Virus record (IMG/VR): IMGVR_UViG_3300033122_000343
DNA from: a virus
Taxonomy: Duplodnaviria; Caudoviricetes
DNA: 64,000 nt
Direction: 5' to 3' (one strand)
The position numbers and the translations under genes are program-made. The notes beneath the pieces are model-generated. The model saw only the letters and a program-made list of their open reading frames with translations, was not told where the DNA came from and searched no databases. This document shows positions 20,218 to 31,664 of the stretch, one piece after another. Position 1 is the first letter of the stretch, and the number at the start of each line of letters is the position of its first letter.

Positions 20218-23200
20218 TTATGTGTAATCCAAGAGAAGTTTTTCTACTCTTTGAATTGTGGGAGCAGTTGAAAGACCTACTAGACCATTAAATGTGTGAG
20301 CAGTAAATGCTAATCCTGATGCACCACCAGTAAATTTTGCCCAACTAAATGATCCGTAATTGTCATTAAATCCAGAACCAAGTCCCGCAGTATTTAGATT
20401 GTGAGGACTTTGAACTTCAACAAATACTCTGACAGACTGACCTGAACCCACATTGTCATGATGTCTGACTTGATAAAGAGTATCTAAATTAGTTGATGTA
20501 AATCCAAGTGTTGAAACACCAGTATTAATCATGGACGTTACTCCTCCACCTATGTTTGAACGTGAAACTAAGAAATAATCGCCTGTTGATATTCCTGATT
20601 TAGTAACTCCTCCGAATGAGTTTTCTCTTAAAACTGAATTTGAAGGAATGTAAAAATTAAATTGAAATCCTTTAGCAGTTGTGCCAATACCAATAATTGT
20701 CCCTTCATCACCCTCGACTGAAACTGAATCTATAATTTGAACAGGATTAGTGGTTGTAGTAGTGCCATATCCAGAGTTATTTTTTTGATCATCAACAATT
20801 CTAATTCCAAATGATTGATCTTCATCAACTTTAGTAAATCCAAGACTACTTCCACGAGCATAAAAAGAAACATCACCAACTCCTATACTTTTTATTAATT
20901 GAGTTGCAGGTTGTATTCTAGAAGCGTAAAGATCTCTACCTTTTCCTATCTTATTACCCTCAACAAATTTATCTTCCTGTTGTTTAGTCCATGTTACAGG
21001 TCTTAAAGGTGATGTTTGTGCTGATATTCCCTTTTTAGTATATAAAGTAGTTCTTAATGTATCTCTTCTTTGTATTCCAAGAACCACTCTTGCTTCTTGA
21101 TTTGTTGGTATAATTTGCTTACGATTTTTTTCGATAGTTATAGCATCACCTTTTTTTATAGTTTGTAAAGCAGTTGTTGTACTAACATCATCATCGGTGC
21201 CTCGGTAAAATAAAACTTGCAAAGATGATCCAAAAACTGGTGCTTCAGTAAATTCTATTCGTGTACCACCATCAAAAACATACGATTTACCAGGTTGCTG
21301 AAGTACATCATTTATAAAAATAAGAAGAACATCTTTGACACTTATTAAAGATCCAGTTTTATGTTCTATACTTACGGGGATACGATTTTCGGTTAATGTA
21401 AATATTTTTTTACGACCATCAAATTCATTTGAAAAATCATCAAGAACTTGGAATTTTCCTAAAACCCACCCATTGAAGGTATCATCAGCAGTTTTTTCAA
21501 CAGTAAATATGGCGTTTTTAAATGATGATCCTATAGAGGTCACGGTAGGAATACCTGTAAGAACTAATTCTTCACCTACTGTGAATCCATATCCTATATT
21601 TGTTAAATTATAAGAAGTTATACTCAACCCAAAACCAATCTCTACTGATACGGACGCTCCCACTCCAGTGCTTGAACTTAAAAGAATTTTATCATCATAG
21701 GGAACGGGATCATCAAAAATGACTTGTGGGGGATCGGTAAATGTATAACCTACGCCAGGTGTATTGATAAAAATATTTTGAATGAATCCGTTTGCAACTG
21801 TAAATGTTCCAGCAGCACCAGTTGTTGAACTTCCTTTTTCAATATTTAGTCTGTAAGTTGTATTTGGATTTGTATAACCTCCTCCAGAAAATCCCATTGC
21901 AACAGTTATTGTTCCAAAACCAGATACAATTGCTGTACCGACACCAGTTTCTCTTTTTTGATATCCAAATCCTTCTGAATTTCCTAATGATACAATTAAT
22001 CCTTTTCTTGGAAGTTTATTTGCATTAACATCTTTTATATCAATAACATCACTATTATTACCAGTAAATGAAATAGAGGTAATACCAGTTGATGTTCCAC
22101 CAATAAATTTATAATCAGTCTCTGGTTTTTGGAAAATATTATTAATAAGTATTACACCAAAATCAGAAGTAATACCAGTGGTATTTACACCAGAACTTTT
22201 GATTGTAAATGTTTTTGCTATTCCAGTAAAGTTTTGAGAAAGATCGTCAATTAAAATGTTGCCAGTATAATCACTTCTAGTAAAAACTCTACCTTGAAAA
22301 GAACTTCCTGAAGTATCAACAAAAAGTAATTTATGAGTACCAATACCAGAGGATGTTAATGTAATTGCAACACCAACTAAAGAATCTGTTTTATTTTCTG
22401 CAAAAGAAAAATTATTGGTTCCATTCTTTATGAGAAAATAATTTCTATTGGAATCTAATGGAGTTGGTGGATTTAAAGATTTAAATCTTATTTCTGTGCC
22501 TGTTTCAAACTTGTCTGTAGGAGTTGAGAAACTATTAGTTGAAACATTCACCGCACCAGATTGTACACCAACTGTTATTTTCTGACCCCCAAAAGGTGAT
22601 TCTTTAAAATTTAATTGATCACCTATAATATTATAATCACCCACCATTAATTGAATAGTATCACCTGCTCCGTGATTTTCTTTGTTTGTTCCCATCCATT
22701 CTCTATCTACTAAAGCATCATTTGTGACACCGTTATATCCAATAACTTGTATTTTTAAAATCTCATCATTTATTTTAATAATATCATTAGCGTTAAATCC
22801 TCCAATATCGTGAAAACGTACCACGTTATTAAGAACTCGAACAACAGTGGTTGCAGCACCTACTCTTTCTACGATAGGAGATTGTATTATATTATCAATG
22901 GCAATTATTGCTTTTGTATTTGTTTTTCTTGCTGTCAACGTATGAGTCACACCTATTCCAACAGTTGTTAAACCTATGACAATACCATCTTTTGCATTTT
23001 GAAAATTTGCAGCAAGAGAAATTTTATTCTCTGAAACTTTTACAGCATAAACTGATCGAGGTAATGTAGTTGCACCTCCAACACCAGAACTATTGTGATC
23101 AATTCCTATTGCTTCACCAAAAGTAAAATAATCTAATTGTTCCCCTGTTCTAAAAAAATGATTAGATAATGTGATTGTATTTGCGGTCAATCCAACCTTT

Positions 23201-23334
23201 GATGTATCAGAACCATCAAATGTTTGCTTAAATATTTCATCTCCAAAATGTTTTATATCAAACCTACGTCTAAAACTTTTCGCAGGTTCATTAAACTGTT
23301 TATTGATTGATCCTAATGTAAAATTAAAAGACAT
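20218..23334 (-). CDS. Baseplate wedge protein, gp7-related C-terminal part
   Basis: Lies between gp7 and gp8; HFFRTGE, IDNIIQSP, LIFINDVLQ.PG..Y, YGSFSWAK motifs; TAATG-coupled to upstream ORF. Confidence 0.7.
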   Translation of the reverse strand: MSFNFTLGSINKQFNEPAKSFRRRFDIKHFGDEIFKQTFDGSDTSKVGLTANTITLSNHFFRTGEQLDYFTFGEAIGIDHNSSGVGGATTLPRSVYAVKVSENKISLAANFQNAKDGIVIGLTTVGIGVTHTLTARKTNTKAIIAIDNIIQSPIVERVGAATTVVRVLNNVVRFHDIGGFNANDIIKINDEILKIQVIGYNGVTNDALVDREWMGTNKENHGAGDTIQLMVGDYNIIGDQLNFKESPFGGQKITVGVQSGAVNVSTNSFSTPTDKFETGTEIRFKSLNPPTPLDSNRNYFLIKNGTNNFSFAENKTDSLVGVAITLTSSGIGTHKLLFVDTSGSSFQGRVFTRSDYTGNILIDDLSQNFTGIAKTFTIKSSGVNTTGITSDFGVILINNIFQKPETDYKFIGGTSTGITSISFTGNNSDVIDIKDVNANKLPRKGLIVSLGNSEGFGYQKRETGVGTAIVSGFGTITVAMGFSGGGYTNPNTTYRLNIEKGSSTTGAAGTFTVANGFIQNIFINTPGVGYTFTDPPQVIFDDPVPYDDKILLSSSTGVGASVSVEIGFGLSITSYNLTNIGYGFTVGEELVLTGIPTVTSIGSSFKNAIFTVEKTADDTFNGWVLGKFQVLDDFSNEFDGRKKIFTLTENRIPVSIEHKTGSLISVKDVLLIFINDVLQQPGKSYVFDGGTRIEFTEAPVFGSSLQVLFYRGTDDDVSTTTALQTIKKGDAITIEKNRKQIIPTNQEARVVLGIQRRDTLRTTLYTKKGISAQTSPLRPVTWTKQQEDKFVEGNKIGKGRDLYASRIQPATQLIKSIGVGDVSFYARGSSLGFTKVDEDQSFGIRIVDDQKNNSGYGTTTTTNPVQIIDSVSVEGDEGTIIGIGTTAKGFQFNFYIPSNSVLRENSFGGVTKSGISTGDYFLVSRSNIGGGVTSMINTGVSTLGFTSTNLDTLYQVRHHDNVGSGQSVRVFVEVQSPHNLNTAGLGSGFNDNYGSFSWAKFTGGASGLAFTAHTFNGLVGLSTAPTIQRVEKLLLDYT

Positions 23335-26300
23335 TATGGTAGTGTAAAGGTTGTGTTATCGGCAACCGAATCTGGTTTATCAATTCTTATTTCTGAAACT
23401 CTGCAAATATAATTTTGTCCTGACTCTGGCAAGAACTTAATTACAGAATTTGGTGCAGAAACATCTATAACAGTATTTACAATGTCTCTTCTTGATGTGG
23501 TTGCAGTAGAGACATTTCCATACTTGTTATAATTAGCAGTTGCCTCATACGAATTGTTTGCCATGTGGAAGAATGAGACCTGATTTTTTGTTGTGTTTTC
23601 TATCTGAACAAGATATTTTGTTGAATGGAAGTTTGTATATGGAACTGTTGAAATAACCGTCTGAGTAGGTGATGAAGATGCAGATATTTCAGTTCTTTGT
23701 CCATCAAGTTGCGTATCACCTATTTCAAATTTAGTGCCAGGTATTCCAGTTGAAACAGTAGTTGCATTACCCACACTGGTTGTATAACTGGTTACGGTGA
23801 CTCCATATCCTGCTTTCGGAGTAAATTCTAGATTGCAACTATTTGTATTTGTACCAACTCCTAAATTTAAAGTGAGAGTTCCAAGACCGACATTAGATTC
23901 TGATGATGAATATTTTATAAAGGAAACTGTTGTACCAATACCGACCCAAGAAAATTCTGCTAAATTTTTATCACCTGTAGTTGCACCCACGGCAACAAGC
24001 ATTACACCACTTTTATATTCATTAAATGGAAATGATTGAATAACAGATGTTGTAGTGACACCTGACGCTTCAATATATGTTGCAAAACCAACTTTTTTGA
24101 TATTTCCATATGAAGTTGTACCAACTCCCACTCCAGTAGATAAAGATTCTTTAAAAAATGTTATATCATATGTGAACGCAGTATTAAACGGTGTGAATAA
24201 TACAGATATTTCATCATTAGTACTGCTATATTCTGCACTAAATTCTCCTAAATCAAATTTGTCAGATAAGTCTGAATATTGACTTGTAAACACTTTTATA
24301 TTTGTACCAATACCTGAATGAGAAACTATAAATTCTGTATATTGTGTTTCGTTAAAAGATACGCCAGAATCAACATCAAGAACAATTTGAGCATAATACT
24401 TAGTTGCAACAATCCCTTCTCCTGAACCTCCACCATCAGCACCACCTGCAAACGGACCAAAAGAATCTAATTCTATAATTCTTATTAGATCAGGATCTGA
24501 GAAAAATTGTGGTGATATATCATCTATTTCAAGCACTCTATTTGATTTACATAATAATGATGATCCAAACCTTGTAGAGTTAAATACAACTTCATTAGAT
24601 TTTTCTTCTTCACTATCAGTAATCTCACGAACTAAATCAAAATCATGTTTTTCATAAATTTTTCCAAGTGATTCCAATATAATTTCATTTTTTTGAATAG
24701 ATGATCCACTTGTTGTTGCACTCCCGACAAGAGGTTTTGAATTTATTTCAAGATCTGAATGTTTTTTATAACCTGATATATGTGCTAATGAATCAACTGG
24801 TTCTGACCAACTACTAATACCTACTTTACTTTTCAATGAATAAGCAAAATTTTGATAATAATCACTATCTTGTATTCTTTGGTAAGACTCACTTGGTTTG
24901 CCTGAATCTGATTCCCATGAATATGGTTTTTTGACTGATGTAACTATATCAAATTCACCAAAATATTCTTCCATGAATACAATTACACCAGAAGATCCAG
25001 AACTACTTCCTGTTATCAAATCCCCAACATTAAATCCATTCAAACTATCTAATCGAAGAGTATCAGTTAATTTTTCTTTTGCTCCTGAAACATTTGTAAC
25101 TGCATTCAAACTTCTTACTTCCTCTCCAGCAAAAAATTTACTTTCTTCAAGTTCAATATCTAATGACGCTAAAATATTTTTATTTACAACAGAACCAAAT
25201 AATTGACCATCATGTGTACCAGGATTTTCATTTAAAACATATTTGATTGTTGCCTGATCTTCATTACTAAAATTTGCATTAGCTTCAGTAACAGTGAAAA
25301 ATTCATATCCATAATCAGATGAATTATAACCATTTCCTGTTGATACACCAATGTTCTCTACAAATATTTTGTCTCCTACAGAAAAAGGTAATGGTAAACT
25401 TGTAGTAAAACCTCCTGTTGGGGTTTTTAATCTTAATGTAACATTTGGATTAGAGTAAGTTGCACTTATAATTCCAACACCATTAGAATTATTAAGTAAT
25501 ACTATTCTATTATCTGTTGCCCTAAAATTAGATCCAGAGGACACAACTGTGACATCACTAACAGCACTTGATGAAAGATTTGCCTGAAGTGAAACATCTT
25601 TGACAAGATTTAATTTATCATCATAAACAATAAGATCAGGTGGAGTAAGATAATTTCTACCTGTAGATCTGACACCAACTGATTTTATTTGAAAATTATC
25701 TTTAAGTACTACTAAATTTGGAACTGATGCTATTGGTTTTAAAGTTCTATCGGACGGATAATCATAACCAAAATCAACTATTTTTACTTCTTCTAGAGCA
25801 CCTATTTCATTTGATAACGATATTAAAACCGCACCATTGCCTGTTGTAGATGCAACAGAAATTTTTGGTTCTAATTTATATAAAGAACCCTTAGTTGTGA
25901 TCTCTATATCATCTATTGGTCCTAAAACGCTACTTGAACTCGTAGTGTACTTAATTTGTGATTCACTGGTGTATCCAACTCTTTCTGGTGTATTTCCTAA
26001 GAAAAAATTAAATGTTTTATCAGTAGTAGAAGTTATAGAGTGACTTCCAGAGAATTTACTATTATCAATTATAATTTTATTGTTATCTTGTATATTTTCA
26101 TTTATTTCAATTCTTTTTAATTGAGGTTGTAAAGATAAAATTTTATAGTATAATATTTTTGGTAAATTTTCTGTTATACTTAAAGTAGTTTTGGATGATG
26201 TAATGCCAGGAGATAATTCTTTTGTAACCTCTATTGTCGATACTCCCGATCCAACAAATTTTCTTGTAAATTGAGGATCTTCATAAAAATCTAGTCTGGT

Positions 26301-29300
26301 ATTTAATAATGAAAAGTGAGATGTATCAAATATTAATTTATCTCCAAAAGTAGCATGAATAGGTGGATTTACGGAACTTCCTACTGAGATATATCTTGTA
26401 CCAGAATTCCAAGTTACTTCGACAGTGCTGCTTGCAGATGACACAACATCAAAATGCACATCATCAAGAGGTTTTAAACCATGAGTTGAAGCAGTAGAAA
26501 CAGTTACTTCAAAGGTTGTTACATCACCTGTTAGTACATTTCTTACAGTTGAAAATTTTTGAGAATTACCTAATCCTATATTTGTTGTATCTTGATAAAC
26601 AAGAGGTGAAAATTTCAATTTATCAAATTCATTATCTATTTTTGATCTTTCTGTAACTAATCCAATAATATCTTTACTAATAACTTGTACAAATAATCCT
26701 TTTCTAGGTAATAATTTATCAAATTGTATGGCTTCGTTTACTGCTCCAAAATGTGCAATTCTTAAATTTTGATCAACTGTTTGTGGATCATAAACTATTT
26801 CTTCACCATGTAGAAATGGATGATCTTTTAATAAAATTCCACCAACTGGTATATTGATACTTTGGATTGAATTTCCAGCACCAACAAACGTCACAGTTGA
26901 TCCGATTCCAGTTTGATTATTTTGAATCGAAGTTGTTCCAAAACCTACTGAATTTGTAGGATCGAAAAATACAGATTCATTAAGTGTCGTAGTTGCACTT
27001 ATTGGTCTGTCTAAATTAAAAGAAAAACTATTTTTTAATTTTATTATTGGTGAACCAAAAGTATGTGCAGCACCTGCAGTCCCGTTTTCTCCCTTTGTAA
27101 ATGTAATTTTTTGATTTAAAAAATCTAATTTTATAACTTTTAAAACTTCATTATCAATTTGAACTAATTCATCTACATTTAATACATCTATATTATTTGA
27201 TATTGTAACTGTAGTTGTAAGACCTACTGTATCGGTAATTGGAGTAGTTAAAAAATAACGTTCAATAGGGACATCTATGTTAAATCCCCCTTCTAACTCA
27301 GAAAAAGCACTATCTGATATATTAGATATTACTGCAGGAGTTTGATCCTTAAAACTATTAATTCCTATAGTTGAGATACCAACTACTCTTCTAGAATCTA
27401 CAACAAAGTTTACATTAGGTATTGTTGTTGAAGTTGTAACAATATTTGTAGCAGCAACACCAATAACTTCTTTTACTTTTCCAGATGCACCAAAACCTCC
27501 TGTTTTTGAATTATCAAAAATTAATCTATCACCTGATTTATAATTTGATCCCGAATTTACTATAATTATTCCATCCTGCTCTACTGATCCTCTTTTGACA
27601 CTTTCTATATTTGCTTGATTTACTACATATCTAAATGAATTGGAAATAAACTCATAATCCCTTATGTTATAATATGCAGTATTTCTTATTGACCCAAATT
27701 TATTAATATCAATAGTTTGATCTGAGTTAAATATAAAATTAAATGGATCTGGTCTTGAATTATATGTTGAACCTATTATGTAAGGAAATAAAGGATCTCT
27801 GTAATCTTTAAATGGACTACTAAGTGATTTATTGATAACGTCCGATAGAGTAGTGTAGTATGCATAAACACCATTAGGAAATTCTGGAGTTACTGCAAAC
27901 CTTCCATTATGCTCATCTAAATCTCCTATACCTTCAATGTATGTAAAATCCTCTACAAAAAAACCAGGTTCAAATTCAGATATTGTAGGACCTCCAATTC
28001 TTTGACCAGATAATTTTACATAACTTGGTCTTAAATATTTTAAATTACCTACCCCATCAGTCCTTTCAAATGCATAAGGTCCATATATTGGATGTCCATC
28101 ATATGCATAACCCACTATCCCTGAGTGAAAACTATTAGTTGCACTAGGTTTCACATAATCAAATAATTTTCTTGATAAGTAATAATTTACATAAGGATAT
28201 CCATAATCACTGTTTTTAAAAGACTCATAAAAACCGTCATCATCTTTTACATCACCTAAATTTGCATATCTTTGTACTTTGTTTATTGTCCATTTTTTCA
28301 AATTTGCTCGTAATATTGCTCCAGAACCAGTTGTTCTTATTTTTATTTTTGTTTTGCTAATTGAGTATCCTATACCTTGAGTAATTACTGTGACTGAAAC
28401 AACTTTACCATTAGATATATTTGCCAGTAATTTTGCTGATGAACCATCACCTTCAACTATTAAGTCTACTGGATTAAAATAATTAAATCCACCAAATTTA
28501 ACAATAACCGAGTCAATTTTACCATTTATTATTACAGGTTCAAATTGTGCCTCTGAACCAGTTATTTCAACTACATTTGGTCTAAAATTATCATTAATTA
28601 TTTTTGATCCATAATTATCACCAGATTCCTTTACAAACACTCCATCAATTACTCCCCTTGCAATAAGTTTTGCTGTAGCAGGGGATGTTGTTATACCCTG
28701 TGATCCACTGATAGAGATTTCTAATGGTTTATAGTTAAATGAGTGTATTCCACTCCCTAATGATGTTAATCCTACATAATCAGATCTATCTGTTGATATT
28801 GAAACTCTAAATTTATTTTCATTAATTTTGATGCAATAATAATCAGTTCCAACACCAACTCCTCCTACGCTAAGTCCAGTAGTGTTGTAATTTAGTATGT
28901 CTCCGTTTTCATATCTGTGATTTGGAATTATAAACTCATCTCTAAACGTATTAACTCCAACATTACCACCTTGATTATTAAAAAAGGTCTCTCTATTGTA
29001 TAAATCAGTTGAACTTATAAGATTTACACTATCAACTACATTTCTAAAATTTTTACTTGTAAAACTTTGAACCCCTCCACCATTCGTAGATATTCCAATT
29101 GTCCCAATACCTAAAACTGCTTCAGATTTTAATCTTGCAAGAGATATAGTAAATGGATCCTTTACTATTGCAAAATAAGGAGAATTATTTTTTAAAAATA
29201 AATCATTAGAATTTTCAGAGGTATTAATTCCTATTTCAGTTGTTCCACCAGAATTGTATGTGATTTCTTCAGTATTTTTTAAACGATGAGGTTGTTTAAA

Positions 29301-31664
29301 TGTAAATTCACTTGATGCTACACTTACTACACCACCAGATGTAGCAGCATCAAATGTTACAACTTCTTGCTTTTGTCTTAATTGTGCTCGTGCAAATGCT
29401 TTTCCATTACCTCCAGTTATGACAACATCAGGGACATCAATGTAATCACTGCCATTATCAGTTACAAGAATTTCTGTAATTTTTCCTTTTATTTGTGCTA
29501 CAACAGATGCTCCTGCCCCCACATGTCCAGACTGTTGTATTGATAATCTAGGTGGATTTATCAAGTCATAATCTGAACCAGTATTTAAAACTTCTACATT
29601 TTCTAAACTGCCATAGTATATAACATCACTTGATTTATATGAAAATGCTTCAACACCATTAACAAACATACCCACTCCACCAGGCAATGTTTCAGTTTTT
29701 ATATTGCTATAACTTGGTATTGAAAATTTTCTTAGTAATCTTTGAGGTCCTATAGATCCAAAACCATTATCATAAGGAAGTAATGTATGTAACCTATTAT
29801 TTAAAACATCATCATTATTAAAAATTGTTATATATTCTCCTCTTCTTACATTCTCTAATGAAAATGATAAATTAATTAAATTATTATCTACCTTATTAAT
29901 ATAATAAGATTGATTTGTAGTTAATCCTGATACTCCACCATTTTCATTAGGTATATAAATGACATGATCACCACTATTATAATTATGATTTGGTATGAAT
30001 AATTTATCATAAAATGATGAACTTACACCAATACTGTTAAATACTTTTTCTCTTTTTTGTGGATTTATTTCCCAGTGTGGTAAAGAGTTTGAAGCAACAT
30101 ACAGATCATCACCTGCCGAATATGTATTCTGAACATCAGCAGTAAAACCTAATTTAGTTTTTAATTTTCTTCTTATATAATAAGCAACATTAGGTAAAAG
30201 TTGAGGTACATTAAGTACAATAGTTTTGTATGCTATGTTAGCATTTATAATCGTACCAGTTTGAGTGTTATTACCATCAACAACTTCTACCTCATCTTCC
30301 TGAAAATATCCTGCTTCTTGTTGTAAAACTACTCTAAAAATATTAGGTGCTAATGTTGTAAAAGACTCAATTGGATTTTTAGATGCAATGTTATGAATCC
30401 ACGAACTAAATTTAACATCTTTTTTATTTGAACCTAATCTATTAACATTAATAAAAACATCACTTTCTTGACTAAAACCTTCCCCTTTGAAATTATCTAT
30501 AGCACCAACTATATAAAATCTAACTGGTAAAGACAAATCACCATTTTCATAAGATATTGCTTCATCTCCAGAAATAATAGTAGTTCCATATCCTAACGAT
30601 GTTGTTAAACCAGTTACATTTAAAAATTCTGTATAAGTTTTACCAGTATAATTTAACGATATTCCGTTTGTAAAAAAAGAACCAGAATTAGCAAAACCTA
30701 CTGTCGAATCAACTTGAATTATTGACACACCTACTCCAACGGGTAATGTGTTGAATGTTTTATTTGATTGCTTAAATGAACCTACTATTGTATCAGATGA
30801 TAATCTAATTTTGTAATAAGTTTTATTTGGTAGAACAATATTTTCAACTTCATAGATAGAACCACTTGCGTCTTTTTGTGTAATTGATTGTGACTTAATT
30901 TTTTTAGGATCTCCAAATATCAATTCACCTATCAAAATATCATTAACTAGATAATCAGCAGCAGATGGTTTAAAAAGATATTCTTGTGGTTTTACAACAG
31001 AAACATCTTCTTCATATAGAACATTGAATAATATTTGGAATGCCTCTTGTGTTCCTTTTGATTTGTAAAAATCTTTTGCTTGTCTTATGAAATTAGACTG
31101 ACTTAATTTACCTGTTAAATATCTCTCTTCAAAACCAGGTAAGATAAGTCCTTTTAATTTTTTTAAAAAAGTATTCAGAAATGTATTACTTAAATTTTTA
31201 ACTCTTGATCTATCGGCATGAGTACCAACTCCAGATTTTGTAAAGGTAAGATACTCAGGAGCATTTGTTTTTTGATTATTTTCAATACCACTAAAACCAC
31301 GAGTACAACCTATAAATGAAGTAGAACCAATTCCTGTATATGTTATTATCTCATCATCAATTTTTAGTAATCCATATTGAGATGGCCATCCATCCGTTGA
31401 GTCAACATAAATAGTAGTTTGACCACCATTTGTATATGATGATAATGATGTAAATCCAATTAAATTTTTATTATTGAGATAATTTAAACTTTTATAATCA
31501 ACGAGATTATCAGCGATATCTGTTGATCCACCTTGAAATTCTTGAGAAATATAATATTGTTTTAAAAAATCTCCAAACAAAGGATTATCAGCGTCAATAT
31601 ACTCAGGTATTTGACTCTGAACTATTTCATGTATTTTTACTTTTGATAATGATGTATCAATCAT
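23334..31664 (-). CDS. gp7: Baseplate wedge initiator gp7 (2776 aa)
   Basis: QSQIPEYI...FLKQYYISQE; KDFYKSKGT; YHYH-like GYAYDGHPIYGPY/DLDEHNGRF.VTPEFPNGVYAYY; RIQDSDYYQNFAYSLKS; HISGYKKHSDL. Confidence 0.85.
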   Translation of the reverse strand: MIDTSLSKVKIHEIVQSQIPEYIDADNPLFGDFLKQYYISQEFQGGSTDIADNLVDYKSLNYLNNKNLIGFTSLSSYTNGGQTTIYVDSTDGWPSQYGLLKIDDEIITYTGIGSTSFIGCTRGFSGIENNQKTNAPEYLTFTKSGVGTHADRSRVKNLSNTFLNTFLKKLKGLILPGFEERYLTGKLSQSNFIRQAKDFYKSKGTQEAFQILFNVLYEEDVSVVKPQEYLFKPSAADYLVNDILIGELIFGDPKKIKSQSITQKDASGSIYEVENIVLPNKTYYKIRLSSDTIVGSFKQSNKTFNTLPVGVGVSIIQVDSTVGFANSGSFFTNGISLNYTGKTYTEFLNVTGLTTSLGYGTTIISGDEAISYENGDLSLPVRFYIVGAIDNFKGEGFSQESDVFINVNRLGSNKKDVKFSSWIHNIASKNPIESFTTLAPNIFRVVLQQEAGYFQEDEVEVVDGNNTQTGTIINANIAYKTIVLNVPQLLPNVAYYIRRKLKTKLGFTADVQNTYSAGDDLYVASNSLPHWEINPQKREKVFNSIGVSSSFYDKLFIPNHNYNSGDHVIYIPNENGGVSGLTTNQSYYINKVDNNLINLSFSLENVRRGEYITIFNNDDVLNNRLHTLLPYDNGFGSIGPQRLLRKFSIPSYSNIKTETLPGGVGMFVNGVEAFSYKSSDVIYYGSLENVEVLNTGSDYDLINPPRLSIQQSGHVGAGASVVAQIKGKITEILVTDNGSDYIDVPDVVITGGNGKAFARAQLRQKQEVVTFDAATSGGVVSVASSEFTFKQPHRLKNTEEITYNSGGTTEIGINTSENSNDLFLKNNSPYFAIVKDPFTISLARLKSEAVLGIGTIGISTNGGGVQSFTSKNFRNVVDSVNLISSTDLYNRETFFNNQGGNVGVNTFRDEFIIPNHRYENGDILNYNTTGLSVGGVGVGTDYYCIKINENKFRVSISTDRSDYVGLTSLGSGIHSFNYKPLEISISGSQGITTSPATAKLIARGVIDGVFVKESGDNYGSKIINDNFRPNVVEITGSEAQFEPVIINGKIDSVIVKFGGFNYFNPVDLIVEGDGSSAKLLANISNGKVVSVTVITQGIGYSISKTKIKIRTTGSGAILRANLKKWTINKVQRYANLGDVKDDDGFYESFKNSDYGYPYVNYYLSRKLFDYVKPSATNSFHSGIVGYAYDGHPIYGPYAFERTDGVGNLKYLRPSYVKLSGQRIGGPTISEFEPGFFVEDFTYIEGIGDLDEHNGRFAVTPEFPNGVYAYYTTLSDVINKSLSSPFKDYRDPLFPYIIGSTYNSRPDPFNFIFNSDQTIDINKFGSIRNTAYYNIRDYEFISNSFRYVVNQANIESVKRGSVEQDGIIIVNSGSNYKSGDRLIFDNSKTGGFGASGKVKEVIGVAATNIVTTSTTIPNVNFVVDSRRVVGISTIGINSFKDQTPAVISNISDSAFSELEGGFNIDVPIERYFLTTPITDTVGLTTTVTISNNIDVLNVDELVQIDNEVLKVIKLDFLNQKITFTKGENGTAGAAHTFGSPIIKLKNSFSFNLDRPISATTTLNESVFFDPTNSVGFGTTSIQNNQTGIGSTVTFVGAGNSIQSINIPVGGILLKDHPFLHGEEIVYDPQTVDQNLRIAHFGAVNEAIQFDKLLPRKGLFVQVISKDIIGLVTERSKIDNEFDKLKFSPLVYQDTTNIGLGNSQKFSTVRNVLTGDVTTFEVTVSTASTHGLKPLDDVHFDVVSSASSTVEVTWNSGTRYISVGSSVNPPIHATFGDKLIFDTSHFSLLNTRLDFYEDPQFTRKFVGSGVSTIEVTKELSPGITSSKTTLSITENLPKILYYKILSLQPQLKRIEINENIQDNNKIIIDNSKFSGSHSITSTTDKTFNFFLGNTPERVGYTSESQIKYTTSSSSVLGPIDDIEITTKGSLYKLEPKISVASTTGNGAVLISLSNEIGALEEVKIVDFGYDYPSDRTLKPIASVPNLVVLKDNFQIKSVGVRSTGRNYLTPPDLIVYDDKLNLVKDVSLQANLSSSAVSDVTVVSSGSNFRATDNRIVLLNNSNGVGIISATYSNPNVTLRLKTPTGGFTTSLPLPFSVGDKIFVENIGVSTGNGYNSSDYGYEFFTVTEANANFSNEDQATIKYVLNENPGTHDGQLFGSVVNKNILASLDIELEESKFFAGEEVRSLNAVTNVSGAKEKLTDTLRLDSLNGFNVGDLITGSSSGSSGVIVFMEEYFGEFDIVTSVKKPYSWESDSGKPSESYQRIQDSDYYQNFAYSLKSKVGISSWSEPVDSLAHISGYKKHSDLEINSKPLVGSATTSGSSIQKNEIILESLGKIYEKHDFDLVREITDSEEEKSNEVVFNSTRFGSSLLCKSNRVLEIDDISPQFFSDPDLIRIIELDSFGPFAGGADGGGSGEGIVATKYYAQIVLDVDSGVSFNETQYTEFIVSHSGIGTNIKVFTSQYSDLSDKFDLGEFSAEYSSTNDEISVLFTPFNTAFTYDITFFKESLSTGVGVGTTSYGNIKKVGFATYIEASGVTTTSVIQSFPFNEYKSGVMLVAVGATTGDKNLAEFSWVGIGTTVSFIKYSSSESNVGLGTLTLNLGVGTNTNSCNLEFTPKAGYGVTVTSYTTSVGNATTVSTGIPGTKFEIGDTQLDGQRTEISASSSPTQTVISTVPYTNFHSTKYLVQIENTTKNQVSFFHMANNSYEATANYNKYGNVSTATTSRRDIVNTVIDVSAPNSVIKFLPESGQNYICRVSEIRIDKPDSVADNTTFTLP

